This document shows positions 48,443 to 62,110 of a stretch of 64,000 nt of DNA, piece by piece. The notes under the pieces are model-generated. The model had not been told where the DNA came from and did not search any database. It saw only the letters and a list, made by a program, of their open reading frames with translations. The translations under genes and the position numbers were made by a program. The stretch is from Macrostomum lignano. Lineage: Eukaryota. The DNA lies in assembly GCA_002269645.1 (NCBI GenBank), contig NIVC01003098.1:1-64000 (forward strand), written 5' to 3'. The stretch's first letter is position 1; the number at the start of each line of letters is the position of its first letter.

Positions 48443-51400
48443 CGAGTTTTGTTAAAATTAGATGAAAAAGGTCTAATACCCCAGCTAAGGCTGATGTGCT
48501 CAATATATCAAATGAAAAGAAAAATAAATAAAAATAAAATAAAGCTTAAGGGTGGCCACAAATATGTCATCTTTTGCCAGATATTTGGGTACCAAGTACT
48601 TTGTAGTACCAAGTTACTTTGCTAGTGTCAGTGACTAGTTTAATTTACCTTGATGCTTTTTTATGAGTGACATTGATATGGATATATAATAATGCAAATA
48701 ATATATATATATTGATTGAAAATAATTGTCCTTTCAAAAATAGTAAGTGTGCCAGTTGTGCCACAAATATACCCTTTGACGGAGCTATAATTGTTTTTGT
48801 ATACTTTTTGGCACACTGCACAATTGTACCTGTTGTGCCTTAGCTATGCCATTTGGCACAGTTGTAAATGTCTTTGTATGTCCTTTTTGGCATACTTGGC
48901 ATAAACAACCTTTTTATTGCTAATTGGCCAATGAAAACAATTGGCACACTTGGCACACTTGCTACAATTGTACCAGTTGTGCCATAGCACATTTAATAAA
49001 TGCTTTTGTGTGTCCTTCTTTTTACCAGTTCTTACTTCTTTTTCAACAAACTGCATTTTGTAAAAGATTTATTGGATATAAGAAAACTATATGTAATATA
49101 TTTTTTTGCATAAAGGTATATTGTATAATATGTATGCTTCCTAAAAAATATGGCTATTTTAAAATGTCAGTTTTGCACATATAATTTAATGTATCCAGTA
49201 TATACCCATTGATGGCAACTGAATATTTGAATATGTATGCATAGAGTTTGCTCATTGTGTAGTTCAAGTAGTAGATTTTGTATGTAATATATAGTAGATA
49301 TGATTATCATATTTCTGTTAATTGGACAACTTTTAAGGTCCAAATGGGCAAATAATATTTGAATGAAAATACACTGTTATACACAAAAAATTGTTTATTT
49401 TGAAGCATGAATTAAAGTTATTGTGTAATTTATATTAATTTAGATTTTGTTGAATAGTTAATCATGATATTATTAGACTACTGGCAGATTCAGTCATATT
49501 ATACCAAAATGAGTAGGAAAGGAATGTGCCATTTAGACAAAAGTTTAATACATAAGTAGAATTGCAATGCTGATCAAAGTATGAAATTAATTCAAATAAT
49601 TTATCAAGATAAACAACACAAATAACATATTTCTTTAATATGAGAATAATAGAAATGCATTAGTAATAATTTAATGTTGTTTTTCATTACTGTGGTAATC
49701 TAAATATACTAAATCTCTAATGATATACTATATTGCATTACAAAGTTATGTATACTAGCAGGAATAACAATTGTAACTTAATTAATGAATGTAGTATTAC
49801 CAACAAATTTTTGGTAAACTTTTATTCATTCCAATATTTGACTGCTAGAATATTCAGATGATACCAAAAGGAATAAAAAAGGAATGTGCCATTTAGACAA
49901 AAGTTTAACACAGATAAGGAGAATCACAATGCTGATTGAAGTTATTTTAACTCTTATTATGGAGGTGGCTACAAGTGACGAGTTAAGCAAGGCCAACAAT
50001 GCTGCAAATGTGGCAGCTTTTAAAGCCAAGCAGGCCAAATGTTGCCTAAATAGCGCCAATGGCCACATAGACATTGCCCAGTAAATGCATGATGACACAC
50101 TGACTAAGAGTGCATCTGAATTGGCCAAGATGGCAGCCATGATAGCAGATGCTGCCAAACATTAGTTTGCTACATTGGCCAAGATAGCAGCTGAGAGGGC
50201 AGAGGCAGCCAAAAAGCACCTTTTCAGTGCAAGCCAAGCGTCACTGCACTTACTAGTTCAGTAGCTAGCATAGCACTTAGCAATATTAATGACATATTGG
50301 CTGCTGCTTGTACCAAAGTAATTGAGCTATGCAAGCCAAGCATTGCCACACTCACCAGTTTAGCAGCTAGCAACATCAAGGACATACTAGTCGCTGCCTA
50401 TGCCAAAATAGAACTGCACAAGCTAAGTATCACCATGTTTGTCAATTTAGCAGCTAGTGAAATCAATGACATTGCGAGTCAAATTTCAGGGTACGATTTT
50501 TAAGACCAGGATGCTATTTGCACCCATTCACACAAAAAACCCCAGATTTATAGCATAGTTGTACACAATTAAAAGCATCCAAAAATAGCCTAAACAACTG
50601 ATATAGTTGGTGGCACAGTTTTGGCATATTAGTGCACAATTAACCAATTGTTGAAAGTTCCCATTTTGGTCTTGTTTTGACAGTTATTTTGTAATTCACT
50701 TTAATTAATTTCTTATATGCTATTTGATGCATTTAAAAAGCAATTATTTTTGGTTAGGATTCTTTTTTATACTGCTTTTAGAAGTTTATACTCTTTCTAA
50801 AAAAGCATAGGCCTAGAGCCTTTATTTTATTATTTGATTTTATATAGGGCGCCTATTAGGAAAAAGCCTAGTCTACTTTTTAAATTTGCCTTTTGCATGT
50901 ACATTGGTAAACATGGACCTTCATTGAAGTCCTTATATTTGTTCTAAAAATATTATTTGAAACTAGATATAGGGTCTAAAATAACCTAAGTACAACTTAG
51001 GAATCAATAGTTGAATATCTATAGGACAGTCTAGTTGTATATATAGGCCTAACATGCCTAATTTAAATTAAAATGCTATTAGTATTATATTTGCAAAATT
51101 TATGCACATACATAAGCATATAATAATACACACATACACAAAGCAAGATAAATATGGTAGGCCTACAGGTTGCTTTTTTAAAATTCAATTTTGGACCTCT
51201 ACTTTTATCTGTGTGTGAATACTTGTGTGCAAAATTTTTTTGCAAATATAATTAATATAATATTTGTAGCAATATTACATTAAAATTTTGTCAATTTCAA
51301 CATTGGTTGCAAATGACAAAAGTTATTAGGCCTAACACTTTAAATTGGGGGCATTGTGTGGGCCACCCTGTATAAAAGGCAAAAGTAGTACCTCAGACAA

Positions 51401-51635
51401 CTTGTTGGCTTTGAGATAATAGTGGAATAAGTTAAGTTAAAAGATAGCCTAAGTAATTTACAAATACAGAACACTATTATATAGGCCTATAACAAAATTG
51501 GTAACAACAATGGCAGAATTGTTTGTAAAAATGGCAATGGCTAGAGTTCTGGCACTGGAACCCATTTTCTAATGGCTATGGATCTGGCAATCTTCTGGGT
51601 TTCAGTCCATTTCGGCGAAAGCCCACTTCGGCAAA

Positions 51636-52956
51636 GGGATAGCGACGTTTGCCTGCGGGACGTTTGCCAGCCGACGTTTGCCTGCGGGACGTTTTCCAGA
51701 CGACATTTGCCAGCCGACGTTTGCCAGCCAACGTTTGCCAGTGGTACGTTTGCCAGCCAAAGTTTGCCTGACGGACGTTTGCCAGCCAACGTTTGCCTGC
51801 GGGACGTTTGCCAGCCGACATTTGCCAGCTGACGTTTGCTAGCCGACATTTGCCAGCGGGACGTTTGCCAGCCGAAGTTTTCCTGCTAGACATTTGCCTG
51901 CGGGATATTTTCCAGCCGAGGTTTGCCAGCCGACGTTTGCTTGCCGGAAGTTTGCCAGATAAAATTTGCTAGCCAATATAAAGCCAGTCAGTGAAAAATT
52001 TGATACTGAAATATTCGCAGTTTAGCAGTTTGACAAAAACCGTTTTTACTCCAACTTTTTGACGGTTATTCGCATATACACAAGTTTGAAAGCAAAATAT
52101 ATAAATTATGCAGTTCATCAGTCTAACGTCTAATATCTAGTTTAACAACGATTTTGGCACAACCTATCAAAAGATGAACATTGGGTTTGCCTCGTATGAA
52201 AGCAATAACAATGGTTGTGCTGAAAAGATGAAAACTTTTTTTTTCCCTATGGCCTTCAAAACATTTTTCATAGATTTTGAGTGCTGCGTACTTCTACTTT
52301 AGTAGTCCTTGGCGTGACTAAGCTTTGCATACGTAGTGTCTAGCGCTTGCTATCCTACTAGCTTGCTACTGGCGGCTTGTCTGGCTATTCAGCTATATAG
52401 CTTACTATAAAAACGTACCGCATTCGACTCGTCTACACATGTACGTTGAGATCGCAGTTTCCTGGCTTACTTGAATAGTAATACAACAGAATTTGAATCA
52501 ATTTGCTTACTTTTGGATCTCCCAATGAACTGAGAAATATATGAGCCAGAATTACCGCTCAGCAGCTTTTTTTGTTTGCCTCATAACTTAATCGCTGGAG
52601 ATTCCCGTTGTAATCTGCGCGTCTTCTTTCGCACATCAAAAATCAAACATCTCAAACTGGGAAAAACGATACACAATTGTCAAAAGTAAACAATATTTTC
52701 ACATTTAAAGTGAAATCCTATCTATCTATCTAATATTTTCACATTCAAACTTGTATATATGCGAATAACCGTCAAAAAGTTGGAGTAAAAATGGTTTTTG
52801 TCAAACCGCTAAACTGCGAATGTTTCAGTATCAAATTTTTCACTGACTGGCTAGCAAATTTTGGCTGGCAAACGTCGGCTGGCAAATGTCGGCTGGCAAA
52901 CGTCCAGCAGGCAAACGTCGGCTGGCAAACGTCCCGCAGGCAAACGTCGTAGACCC
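51636..52956. mobile_element. Non-autonomous foldback/MULE-like element with long TIRs
   Basis: gggatagcgacgtttgcctgcggga ... tcccgcaggcaaacgtcgtagaccc; inverted similarity continues 51960-52090 vs 52745-52860; TIRs built of gtttgccagccgac repeats; tcggc(a/g)aa duplicated at the flanks. Confidence 0.8.
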
Positions 52957-53843
52957 TCGGCGAAGGCCACTTCGGCGAAAGACAATTTCGGAGAATCCAC
53001 TTCGGCGAATGCAATGACCACTTCGGCGAACGATATAATATAGTATATTTAACTTTATATAATTAAATTTTAATAGTATTTTATGACTAAAACTAAAAAT
53101 TAAGTGCTCAAAATTACTACAACTGCAAATTTTGTTTTACTTTCTTAACACAGAATACTTAGTGAGTCAGCTAATATGTTCAAATTTATATTCCCTAATT
53201 CATATTGAATTTCAATTGTATTCCATAATCTTAAATTTAGCTCATCCATAAGATACTATAGGCAATGGCTAGAGTTCATGTCAAGATAGTAGGTATATAT
53301 AACCTAAGAAAAAACAAACCATTGCTAAGTACTCGGTAAGTCAACAATGTCATCCAAATGTACAGGTGACTTGGGAAGTTAGCATGTTTTTTACCCGGGT
53401 ATTTCAGATATGGATTTCTGACGACCTTATTTCTTCACTTTAAACAGGAGTAGTTTTAAGAATAATCTTAAATGCATGTCGCAAAAATTAAATGTACATA
53501 TATGTTCTTAAAACGTCCACTTTCTAATTGAAAACCTAGCTAGCTAATTGTCAGTTTACTTGTAATTTTGCTTTACAAACGAAGTCAAAGTCGAACTCAA
53601 ATCAGGAGGAAAACAATTGTGCCTTTAGTACGAATGCACTTTATTGGTTTCGAAATTAAATGCACATGCATGTATACATGTACATGTACATGTAGATCAG
53701 CAGCAGGTATACAGCATATACAGTAAAAAATTTTTAGCTTTACATGTATATACGCACGAGCTCGTATACATATAACATGAATGAATAGTATGAATTGTCA
53801 ATTGCTCGCTAGGTAGCGCACGTATTCGTTATTACTGAAATGA

Positions 53844-55317
53844 TCACGGCACATTCAATTTGCTACAGGCGTGCAGCAGCTGGGTAGCGGTACGCAGACC
53901 AGTTTCGTAGTCTGCCCAGAGTGAAGCAAACTTCATCTGGCGCTTGAGATAAGCTGCTCGTTCAACTCGTCGAGCAGCGCCTTGTTCTAACAGTCGGCTC
54001 TCCACGAAGACCAGACGGGCCTCTTCATGAAGCAACCGGATCAGTAGGTAGAAGGGCAGCTGGCCTCGTTGAGCACGGGCATTCAGTCTTCTGTGCCACC
54101 CTTCGACGTCGTTGTTAGTGCGCACACTTTCACCAAAAACAGAGAGGCTTTCAAGTGGGAATATGTCGCTGGTGATCCACGTGTTCTGGCAAAATGAAAG
54201 GAGTAGAGCCGTGTATGAATTTACAGTGTATAACTGACTAGTTAAAAAAAGCTTGAATAGTTTTTCGTGTACAGTGTACAACTGTACATGTACATGCGAA
54301 TTTTGAAGGGCAACTATCTTTAGCAATTAATTGAATTTTTCATTCATATATTTACAGTAGTGTTTTACATTGTAGGTACATGTATAATGTAAATTCTGTA
54401 ATAGATAGATTAATTACCTGAACATAGTTGCAAAGTGCCGTAAGCTGTGGCGAAGCAGGTTGACCTGCGGCCAGTGTTGCGCGCAAGCCGTAGAATGCTG
54501 CTGCCATCTCGTGATGAGGCAGAAATGGAAGCGCCATGAGTTTCCGACAGAAACTCTGGGTGTCGTCATCGTCGCGGTAGGCTCTCTGCAAGCCTAGGCT
54601 TTGAATATGACGCCAAACCGCCTGAGTGAAGTGAAAGACGCACCCCCTGATGCGGCCACCTGGATAAGTTTTGCGCAAAGCTCGCCACACTGCGGCCTCG
54701 TAATCAAGAACAAATGTCTTAGGCCTGTTAGAAGGGAGAAATAAGTTTTTTTAATTGAAAAATTGTTTTCTCATAAATAAAATTTGAGTCTTAATTGTGT
54801 CGGTAGAATTGTATACACTAATACTCTACGAGCTATACATACTTGCACATGCACATGTAAAAATAGTACTTACGAAGCACATGGGATGAGCTCTTTAATA
54901 GCCTTCAGAACCTTGTGGTAATCCTTCCGTCGCTTGCCTGACATCAGCACAAACAGCAGAGGCACTTGCTTCCGATTATCCTCATGGCCCATGATGAAAG
55001 CGTGGATGGTGTACAGCTGAACGAAGGGCTTGTTTACCACGTGGAAAGTCCCATCCATGAACCAGTCTGGAGCTTGCGCAAGCATTGCTTGGCCTTCGTT
55101 CGTTGCAAAGATGATGTGGCGCCGAGCTCCTGAGTGAACATCTCTCTGCAGAAACCCTGCCGGCAGAGCGTTCTCCTGCAGTTCAAACTGAAGATCGCTT
55201 GGTTCCTCAGGGCGCTCGTTCTTACGCTGCCTATTTGCCGTACGTGCCAGAAGGTTGGGGTTCGGCATCGATGGCCCAGTCTGATTTCGTCAGGCCAAAT
55301 TCCTTCGATAATAAGCC
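53844..55317 (-). CDS. Mutator-like (MULE) DDE transposase, spliced, N-terminus missing
   Basis: Exons ~55317-54874, 54724-54418, 54185-53844 join in frame. WFMDGTF..PFVQLYTIH..VPLLFVLM, VLDYEAA, GCVFHFTQAVWR, RTNNDVEGWH give a D-D-E triad. Probable 1-G deletion near 55277. Confidence 0.88.
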
Positions 55318-55566
55318 TGTGAGTCTAAGCCAATACAGCATGTTTATATTTTGCACATTTTTATGCGCTATATAGCACCCCACAGAGCAGGCCGAGCAGG
55401 CCGCGAAAAGGCTACATTTGATAGTCTTATAATAAACAGTTCGTCAATCAGCACCTTCCCCAAAATGTGGCGATTATGTCACATAAAATCTCTTCGCTAT
55501 TAGTTAAGGCACTTTGGCAATATAGGTTTTATTATACGTATTATTAAGATTATTTGTGTACATGTA

Positions 55567-55771
55567 CACCTTTTCACGTTCAATTTTGATCAAAGTCCAG
55601 TTCTAAAAAAACTAGCGGAAGTTCAATTCAGACTGGGGATAATTTTGTCTATGGCTAAACCTTGCTTCGGTGGCAGTATAAACAGAATGTTTTGAACTGG
55701 GGTTTGTTTTTATTGAATTTCCCCTAGTTTTTTAGAACTGGACTTTGATCAAAATTGAACGTGAAAAGGTG
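55567..55771. mobile_element. Tc1/mariner-type MITE, TA TSD
   Basis: TA|CACCTTTTCACGTTCAATTTTGATCAAAGTCCAGTTCTAAAAAA ... perfect inverse ... CGTGAAAAGGTG|TA. Confidence 0.85.
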
Positions 55772-56825
55772 TAGTAGATCGCGATGAACTCAATATTACA
55801 AGAAGAGGATATTAATTTCTCCGCTGTACTAGCATTCCGTTGTCTTGTTTTGATACACTAATTTTTCGTTAAGTTTCACAGGCTTCGCCGAAGTGGTCAT
55901 TTCATTCGCCGAAGTGGATTCTCCGAAATGGTCATTCGCCGAAGTGGCCTTCGCCGAAGTGGTCTTTCGCCGAAATGGTCAGCACCCATCTTCTGCAGGC
56001 AGTTATCTACTAATGAAGTCTTTAAACATTAGAAGTATCTTGTTTTGAATTTCATCATTTTCTATTATCTTATCTTGAAAAAATCTCAATATCAACCACC
56101 CATTAAGTAAGTAAAATGTTTCTGCTATATTATACCCATAAATTGCACTACTTGAATTCCACACCTGGATCAATCCATAGCCATTAGAAAATTGGTTCTG
56201 GTGCCAGAACTCTAGCCATTACCATAAAGTAAGAGAAAACACAGAGAAACACTGTTACCACAAAGAAACACAAATTAACAGAGAAACACCGTTACGCTAT
56301 CATGTAATTCTAATTATTACAAGCCACTTGGCTCAATTTTTCGAGACTATGCCCTATTTTTATTTTAGCGATCCTATTTATTTCTCTAATTCGTATGGGC
56401 TTATTGCATTTACAAGGCTTTATAAAGAACTAGAACTACACTCATACAAATATTTGTTGAGCACTTGTAAACTTTCGACACGAAAATCGAGTTTTAAAAT
56501 CTAATGCATTTGAGGACGGGGGTTAAATCTCTTTCTTAATTGACTGTGGGTTGCGATTAGTAGTAGTAGTAGTAAGTAAGTTGCCTCAGCGATTTCGCTC
56601 GCTTTTCAGCCGTTCAAATCGGTGCTGTTTCCGACGATTCAAACAAACTCGGGCGAAGATCTCGGCTTGCAAATGAAGGGGAGCTCCGGCTGCTAAGTTC
56701 CTCAGGCTCAGGGGGGTAGCTCATGTGGTCGCGGCTGAGCGGTCTAGTTTTGCCGACAATCAGAATGCCGAATGCAGAAATTGTAGCCGATACGGGAAAC
56801 TTAAGATAAACTAATTTGTCCAAAG

Positions 56826-57361
56826 TGTTACTGTAAGTAGTAGTGCGCTGCCACCACCGCGGATATTCGCGGGAAAAGCTCTAAAGCTCAAAATTTTCTC
56901 GCATTTGCCCTAGAACTTCTCTTGAGAGACCACTGAGGGTCGAATAAAGTGCTTCCGAATAAAGTGCGAATAAAGTGCTTTCGGCTAAGACACCGTTTAA
57001 CACACAAATTAGATTAGTTAGCTGGCTTAAGTTAGTTGGCCAGAGAAAACTGAATATTAATTATTATTGACGGTTGATTATTGGACACAGACTACAAGCA
57101 ATTAACTATTATTATTTTAGTTAAGTTAGATTAGGCCGTGGTCAGTCAGTCGGGAGGGGAGCTGTTCTGGTCTGGAGTCTCGGGCTTACACGCAGGGTCC
57201 CTTCGAATATCTGGAGCTCGGAGTGAGTTCGGGGTGAGTTCAAACGAGAAGGGGGTTCCAGTCGAGAGTCTGGCTGGGAAAAGGGGGGCGCAGACTCTTA
57301 AATAGCGCTCTCATGAGCCACTGGGAGGAAAGGGGTTACCCCGGGTGGGAAGAGAGTTACA
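56826..57361. mobile_element. Possible solo-LTR-like segment
   Basis: TGT..ACA ends (tgttac/tgtaag ... gttaca), TATA-like ctatttaag on minus, triple gaataaagtgc; no TSD or PBS found. Confidence 0.3.
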
Positions 57362-58311
57362 GGCAATGGAAATTGTTTTGTACCTTATTTCCGTGATTCG
57401 TGAGTGCAGAGTCCTTCTACTACAGTGGTCCTCGGAAGGTACTCTTTAACCTATTGTAAGTATAATATAATTTCAATGTATACAAGTTACTGCATACATT
57501 GTATTATACAGTTATTGCATACAATCTCGGGCTTATGAAAAAAAGTCTAGCATTTACATTCACGTAATTTCTACGAACGCACAATATCAATTTAAACATT
57601 TTCGAGATTTGTCCCCTTTGACAAGGGCTCAATTTATCTCATCAATCCCATAGCGTCTCTGACAGCGTGCTTGAACTTAATTACTCGTATAAAGAATCAA
57701 AGAAACTACACAAAAAGAAACGCAAAAACTTAATATTATTAAATGATTAGTGACAAGCGCTATTAAGCAACAGAATAATATTGATAGTTATAGCTGTTAT
57801 ATTGCTTATATTTAGTAATTAAAAATTAGCCCTATTCGAGGCGAAAAGACCCTTGGAGTTGCGTGTGGAAAAAATGAATGCTTTATACTTTAATTATTAA
57901 CCAATTGATCAAAAATGTTTACTAAAACATACGAGTATCTATATTATTAGTGATAGCCAATAATCGTATCATATCGCAAAAAGACAACGACGACATTAAT
58001 ATGCAGGAAATGTGTGTTGAAAACAAAAAGGGGCGCCAAAAAGTAGGCAAGAAAATTAGACAGAGAGATAAAGAGCTTACATTTTGCAAATTAGTCAGAA
58101 ACAGTTTCTAAAAATTTATTCACGTCACGGGTTCTGATTTTTTAAAGCGAGGAATATATATGAACCATGATGATACAGTGTAGGCATAAGCCGTCTAAAT
58201 CTAAGCGAAAAACTGTTGCTATGACCTACTAAACTGTCACTTCGCATTCTTCTTGATTCAAGTTTGTTGCCCGCCTTAGCAACCGCGTGGAGATTCAAAT
58301 CGAATCAAAAT

Positions 58312-60133
58312 TCACTCTTTGGGGTCTTCTTTAGCTTCGTCGCCCTCCTTTTCATCTGGAACGAAGTTAAAGGTTAGAAGGATATTAAGCCGAAAGCTGC
58401 TAGCCTAATTCAGACAATCCTCTAGCGTAATTTAGTGTAATCTCCCCTTCAGATAATCATCTAGTGTAATCTCCCCTTCAGATAATCCTCTAGTGTAATC
58501 TCCCCTTCAGATAATCCTCTAGTGTAATCTCCCCTTCAGATAATCCTCTAGTGTAATCTCCCCTTCAGATAATCCTCTAGTGTAATCTCCCCTTCAGACA
58601 ATCCTCTAGTGTAATCTCCCCTTCAGATAATCCTCTAGTGTAATCTCCCCTTCAGACAATCCTCTAGTGTAATCTCCCCTTCAGATAATCCTCTAGCCTA
58701 ATCTCCTCTTCTGATAATTCTCTAGCCCAACCTCCTTTTTAGATAATCCTCTAGCCCAATCTTCGCCTTAGATAATCCTCTAGCCCAATCTCCTTTTTAG
58801 ATAATCCTCTAGTGCAATCTCCTCTTTAGATAATCCTCTAGTGCAATCTCCTCTTCAGATAATCCTCTAGCTTAAATGTCTTCTTTAGATAATCCTCTAG
58901 CCCAATCTCCCTTTCAGGTAATAATCCTCTAGCTTAATCTCCCCTTTAGATAATTGCACCTTCTCCGCGGTCCATATCGGACGTCCACAGAGTGAGATTA
59001 TCGCGCAGCAGCTGCATAATGAGGGTGCTGTCCTTGTAGGACTCCTCGGACAGGGTGTCCAGCTCGGCAATGGCGTCATCAAAAGCGGTCTTGGCCAGTT
59101 TGCAGGCCCGATCGGGCGAGTTAAGAATCTCGTAATAGAATACGGAGAAGTTGAGAGCCAGGCCGAGCCTGATGGGGTGCGTGGATGGCAGGCTGGAGGC
59201 GGCCAGGTCCGTGGCGGACTTGTAGGCGGTCAGGCTGTTCTCGGCCGCCTCCTTCCGCTCGGGCCCGCTGGCGAACTCGGCCATGTAGCGAAGATAATCG
59301 CCCTTCATCTTGTAGTAGAACACCTTGGACTCCTCGGCTGTGGCGCTGGGGACCAGGTGGCTGTCCAGCACGTCCAGGATGTCCTCGCACACCTGCCAGG
59401 GTGAATATAGATGGTCACGGCGATTTTCTTTCGCTGCATCAGCATCCAATTTTATATAGAAGCTTCAAATTTTACAACCCAAAAACTACGCTCAGCATAA
59501 ATCCTAAAGCTTCAGAAGGCCTGAAACTACCACAGTAAACTGTCTCGCGATATGGATCCCGGATGCCAAATTGACATCCTGTTTTTTTCCCAAGCTGGAT
59601 GCCAATGTAATTAAAGTTCCGCATTTTTTGCCATTCATATTTCATTTGTAGTATCAATAGTTTTTTCAATAATTGAAGATTGCAAGACTTCCATCAATAA
59701 ATTGCTAAATCTGAATGATCTGTAAACGTGGAGTCTGCAGACTTCTGGATGCTGGTATTTTATTAGATTTTGAACTTTTTTGCAAGATCTTACTTATCTC
59801 AAAGTTTGGAATCAGACTGCAAAATGGCACAGCACAGCACAGTCCTGCATCTTGGCGATCTGTCGCAGTCAAGTGCTTAGCAGTGCAGTGACAAGTCCAC
59901 AAAGAAACAGACCTTTTTAAGCTCGGCTTCAACTTGGCTAAGAAACTTTTTGGTCAGTTCAGCTTTGTCCGAGCTGGCACGGCGCTCCTCTTTCTGCTCG
60001 ATGCTGTTGAGAATGCGCCAGGAGGCCCGCCTGGCCCCAATCACATTCTTGTAGGCCACGGACAGTAGGTTGCGCTCCTCGATTGTCAGCTCAACATCCA
60101 TCATGGCAACAGCTTTCATGGCCTCCACCATTT
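58312..60133 (-). CDS. YWHAE: 14-3-3 protein, epsilon-like (exon 1 lies beyond 64000)
   Basis: Exons 60133-59913, 59392-58960, 58355-58312. [72 protein letters not shown]; spliced acidic tail [14 protein letters not shown]. The phase-1 intron before EMVEAMK matches the epsilon gene structure. Confidence 0.96.
58415..58953. repeat. 29-bp minisatellite (agataatcctctagtgtaatctccccttc)
   Basis: Fills the last 14-3-3 intron. Confidence 0.93.
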
Positions 60134-62110
60134 CTGTGGGGTAACATTAGTAGTGAGTAATAAAGGTTATTAATAGTAATAGCAATTTCTATCGATAATA
60201 GATTAAGTTCATTCATAATTTATACACGCACAACCGTCAGCCAACCTGGAATAAATTTATGGTAAACCAAGGGTAGGGAAGACACAAAATTGACCAAATT
60301 ACAACCTTTTTTTGGCTTTTTTGACAAAAATTGTGACAATATACTTAAAATTGATTTTATAACACAGATAAATTGTAATATTGTAATTGTATTATATTTC
60401 TAGGTTTACATTATATTATTTTCCTATTGTAGGCTATGGACATTTAAAATAGAATTGCTATTCTAATTAGGCCTACAAGTATAAAATAATCCTTTTGGGA
60501 ACTATAAAAGAATTGCTTTGTCATATAAAATACATGTAGAGGTCCACTATAACTATACCTAGATATGGCTATAGGGAGTTACAGAGAGATTTTAGATAAC
60601 ATAGAGATATGCCATATGGATAGTTATAGGAATACAACTTTCTTATAACTAGTTCTCATAGTGAGTAGTAGGGGCCTAATATTGGCCACATTAAGGCAAA
60701 AGACTAAAGCCCTTGACTTCATAGATAAAAGGTGGAGCAAAGGAAATTGATGAATGATACTAGTTTTAAAGCTTTTGTAAGAGGAACTCTTAATTCTACA
60801 TAGTTAGGAACTTTAGCAATAGAGATTTTCAATGCTATATGCATAGCAATAAATGAGATATAGCTTTTGTTTTTTATTAATATATAGTGTGACATTGTTG
60901 TATTATTTCTGATTGTTAATTGCATAATTTTTACTAATACTAGCATACACTTTACTAGTGTACTTTATTGGTGTGACATAGTGACACGATGAATTTTGCT
61001 ATAGGTTGCATGCACTGTAGTGTTGACTCACTAGCAGTGGAGTTGTTATTGATCGGCTTAGAGATTGTATTTTACTCCACCCCACCCCATGCGCGCGTTT
61101 GAATCTGTCTGCACCCACCACCTCAGTGCTAAATAATAAATGTGAACAGCCTAGCTCTCAAGCGAGCACCTTTTACTTACTCCTGCAATTCCACACTTCT
61201 GCCTCGCTTAACAAAGTTATCACAATTGGCATATATACATGCCCAACACCCAGCCAATTCAACTGGGTAGTGAGGGCTCTGGCCAAGGTACTCGTAAGTT
61301 GCAAAAATGCCATCCCAAAAATACAGATGTAGTACAACTTAGATGATGGGGCACTTAGCCTGAATAATACAGTTATAATTACTCTTGTAATTTACCCAAA
61401 GTTACATTAAATTTTTGTTTCATGCATTTTTGGCCAAAAGATGCATAGCCAAATAAGATTTTGGGAATTGTCAAGTTATGTCTGTTAATTTTTTTGATTC
61501 TAGGAAATTAATCTATCAGCTGTTTAAAGTAACAATAACTATTTTTAAAGGGCTTAAGCCTAGGTAAGCACTAATTCTACATTTCAAAACTTGTTATAAT
61601 GTATCTAATGCTAGAAAGCTACTATGCAAAAGTCTATGACCAAAATGTTTAATTTTTACTTGAATTAGTTCATATTGCACACACAAAAAAGAATAACTAT
61701 ATATTTATATTTATTATACTAGGAAATTCCAAACCATAGACATTCAGAAGATATACATGTTTTATACTATAGTACCATAGTATCTACTTATTACCACAAC
61801 ATACCAGGATGGAAAACTTGTAGTAAAAAATGCAATGCATTTTGCAATTAAGCTAAAAATGTGATTATGTGACATAACTTAAAAACAAAATAAGTCACAA
61901 AATTATATCTAAAAGTATAAATGTGCTTATTTATAAAGTGTGCTCAAGATATTGCATTACAAAATAGTAATGTTGCTAGTCTCAGTCATGAAAGTGAAAT
62001 AGGTCATTCCACAATAAGGTCCCATCATGTTTTTGAACTTTAATAAGCACTTGTAACTTTTAAACCATAATAGATAGAACAAAGCTACAAAAAGCAATCT
62101 AGTATCAAAT

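Larger units (their letters stand above)
51598..55986. mobile_element. MULE element hosting the transposase; left TIR split by an insertion
   Basis: Right TIR 55880-55987 built of ttcgccgaagtgg repeats; left TIR = 51597-51635 plus 52957-53033. Flanks aatcttctg / catcttctg (9-bp TSD, 1 mismatch). Confidence 0.8.
51531..56225. mobile_element. Outer MITE (~300 bp when emptied) containing the MULE
   Basis: ~55-bp inverted repeats atggcaatggctagagttctggcac..tctaatggctatggat (51531-51583) and atccatagccattaga..gtgccagaactctagccattaccat (56172-56225). Confidence 0.7.
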
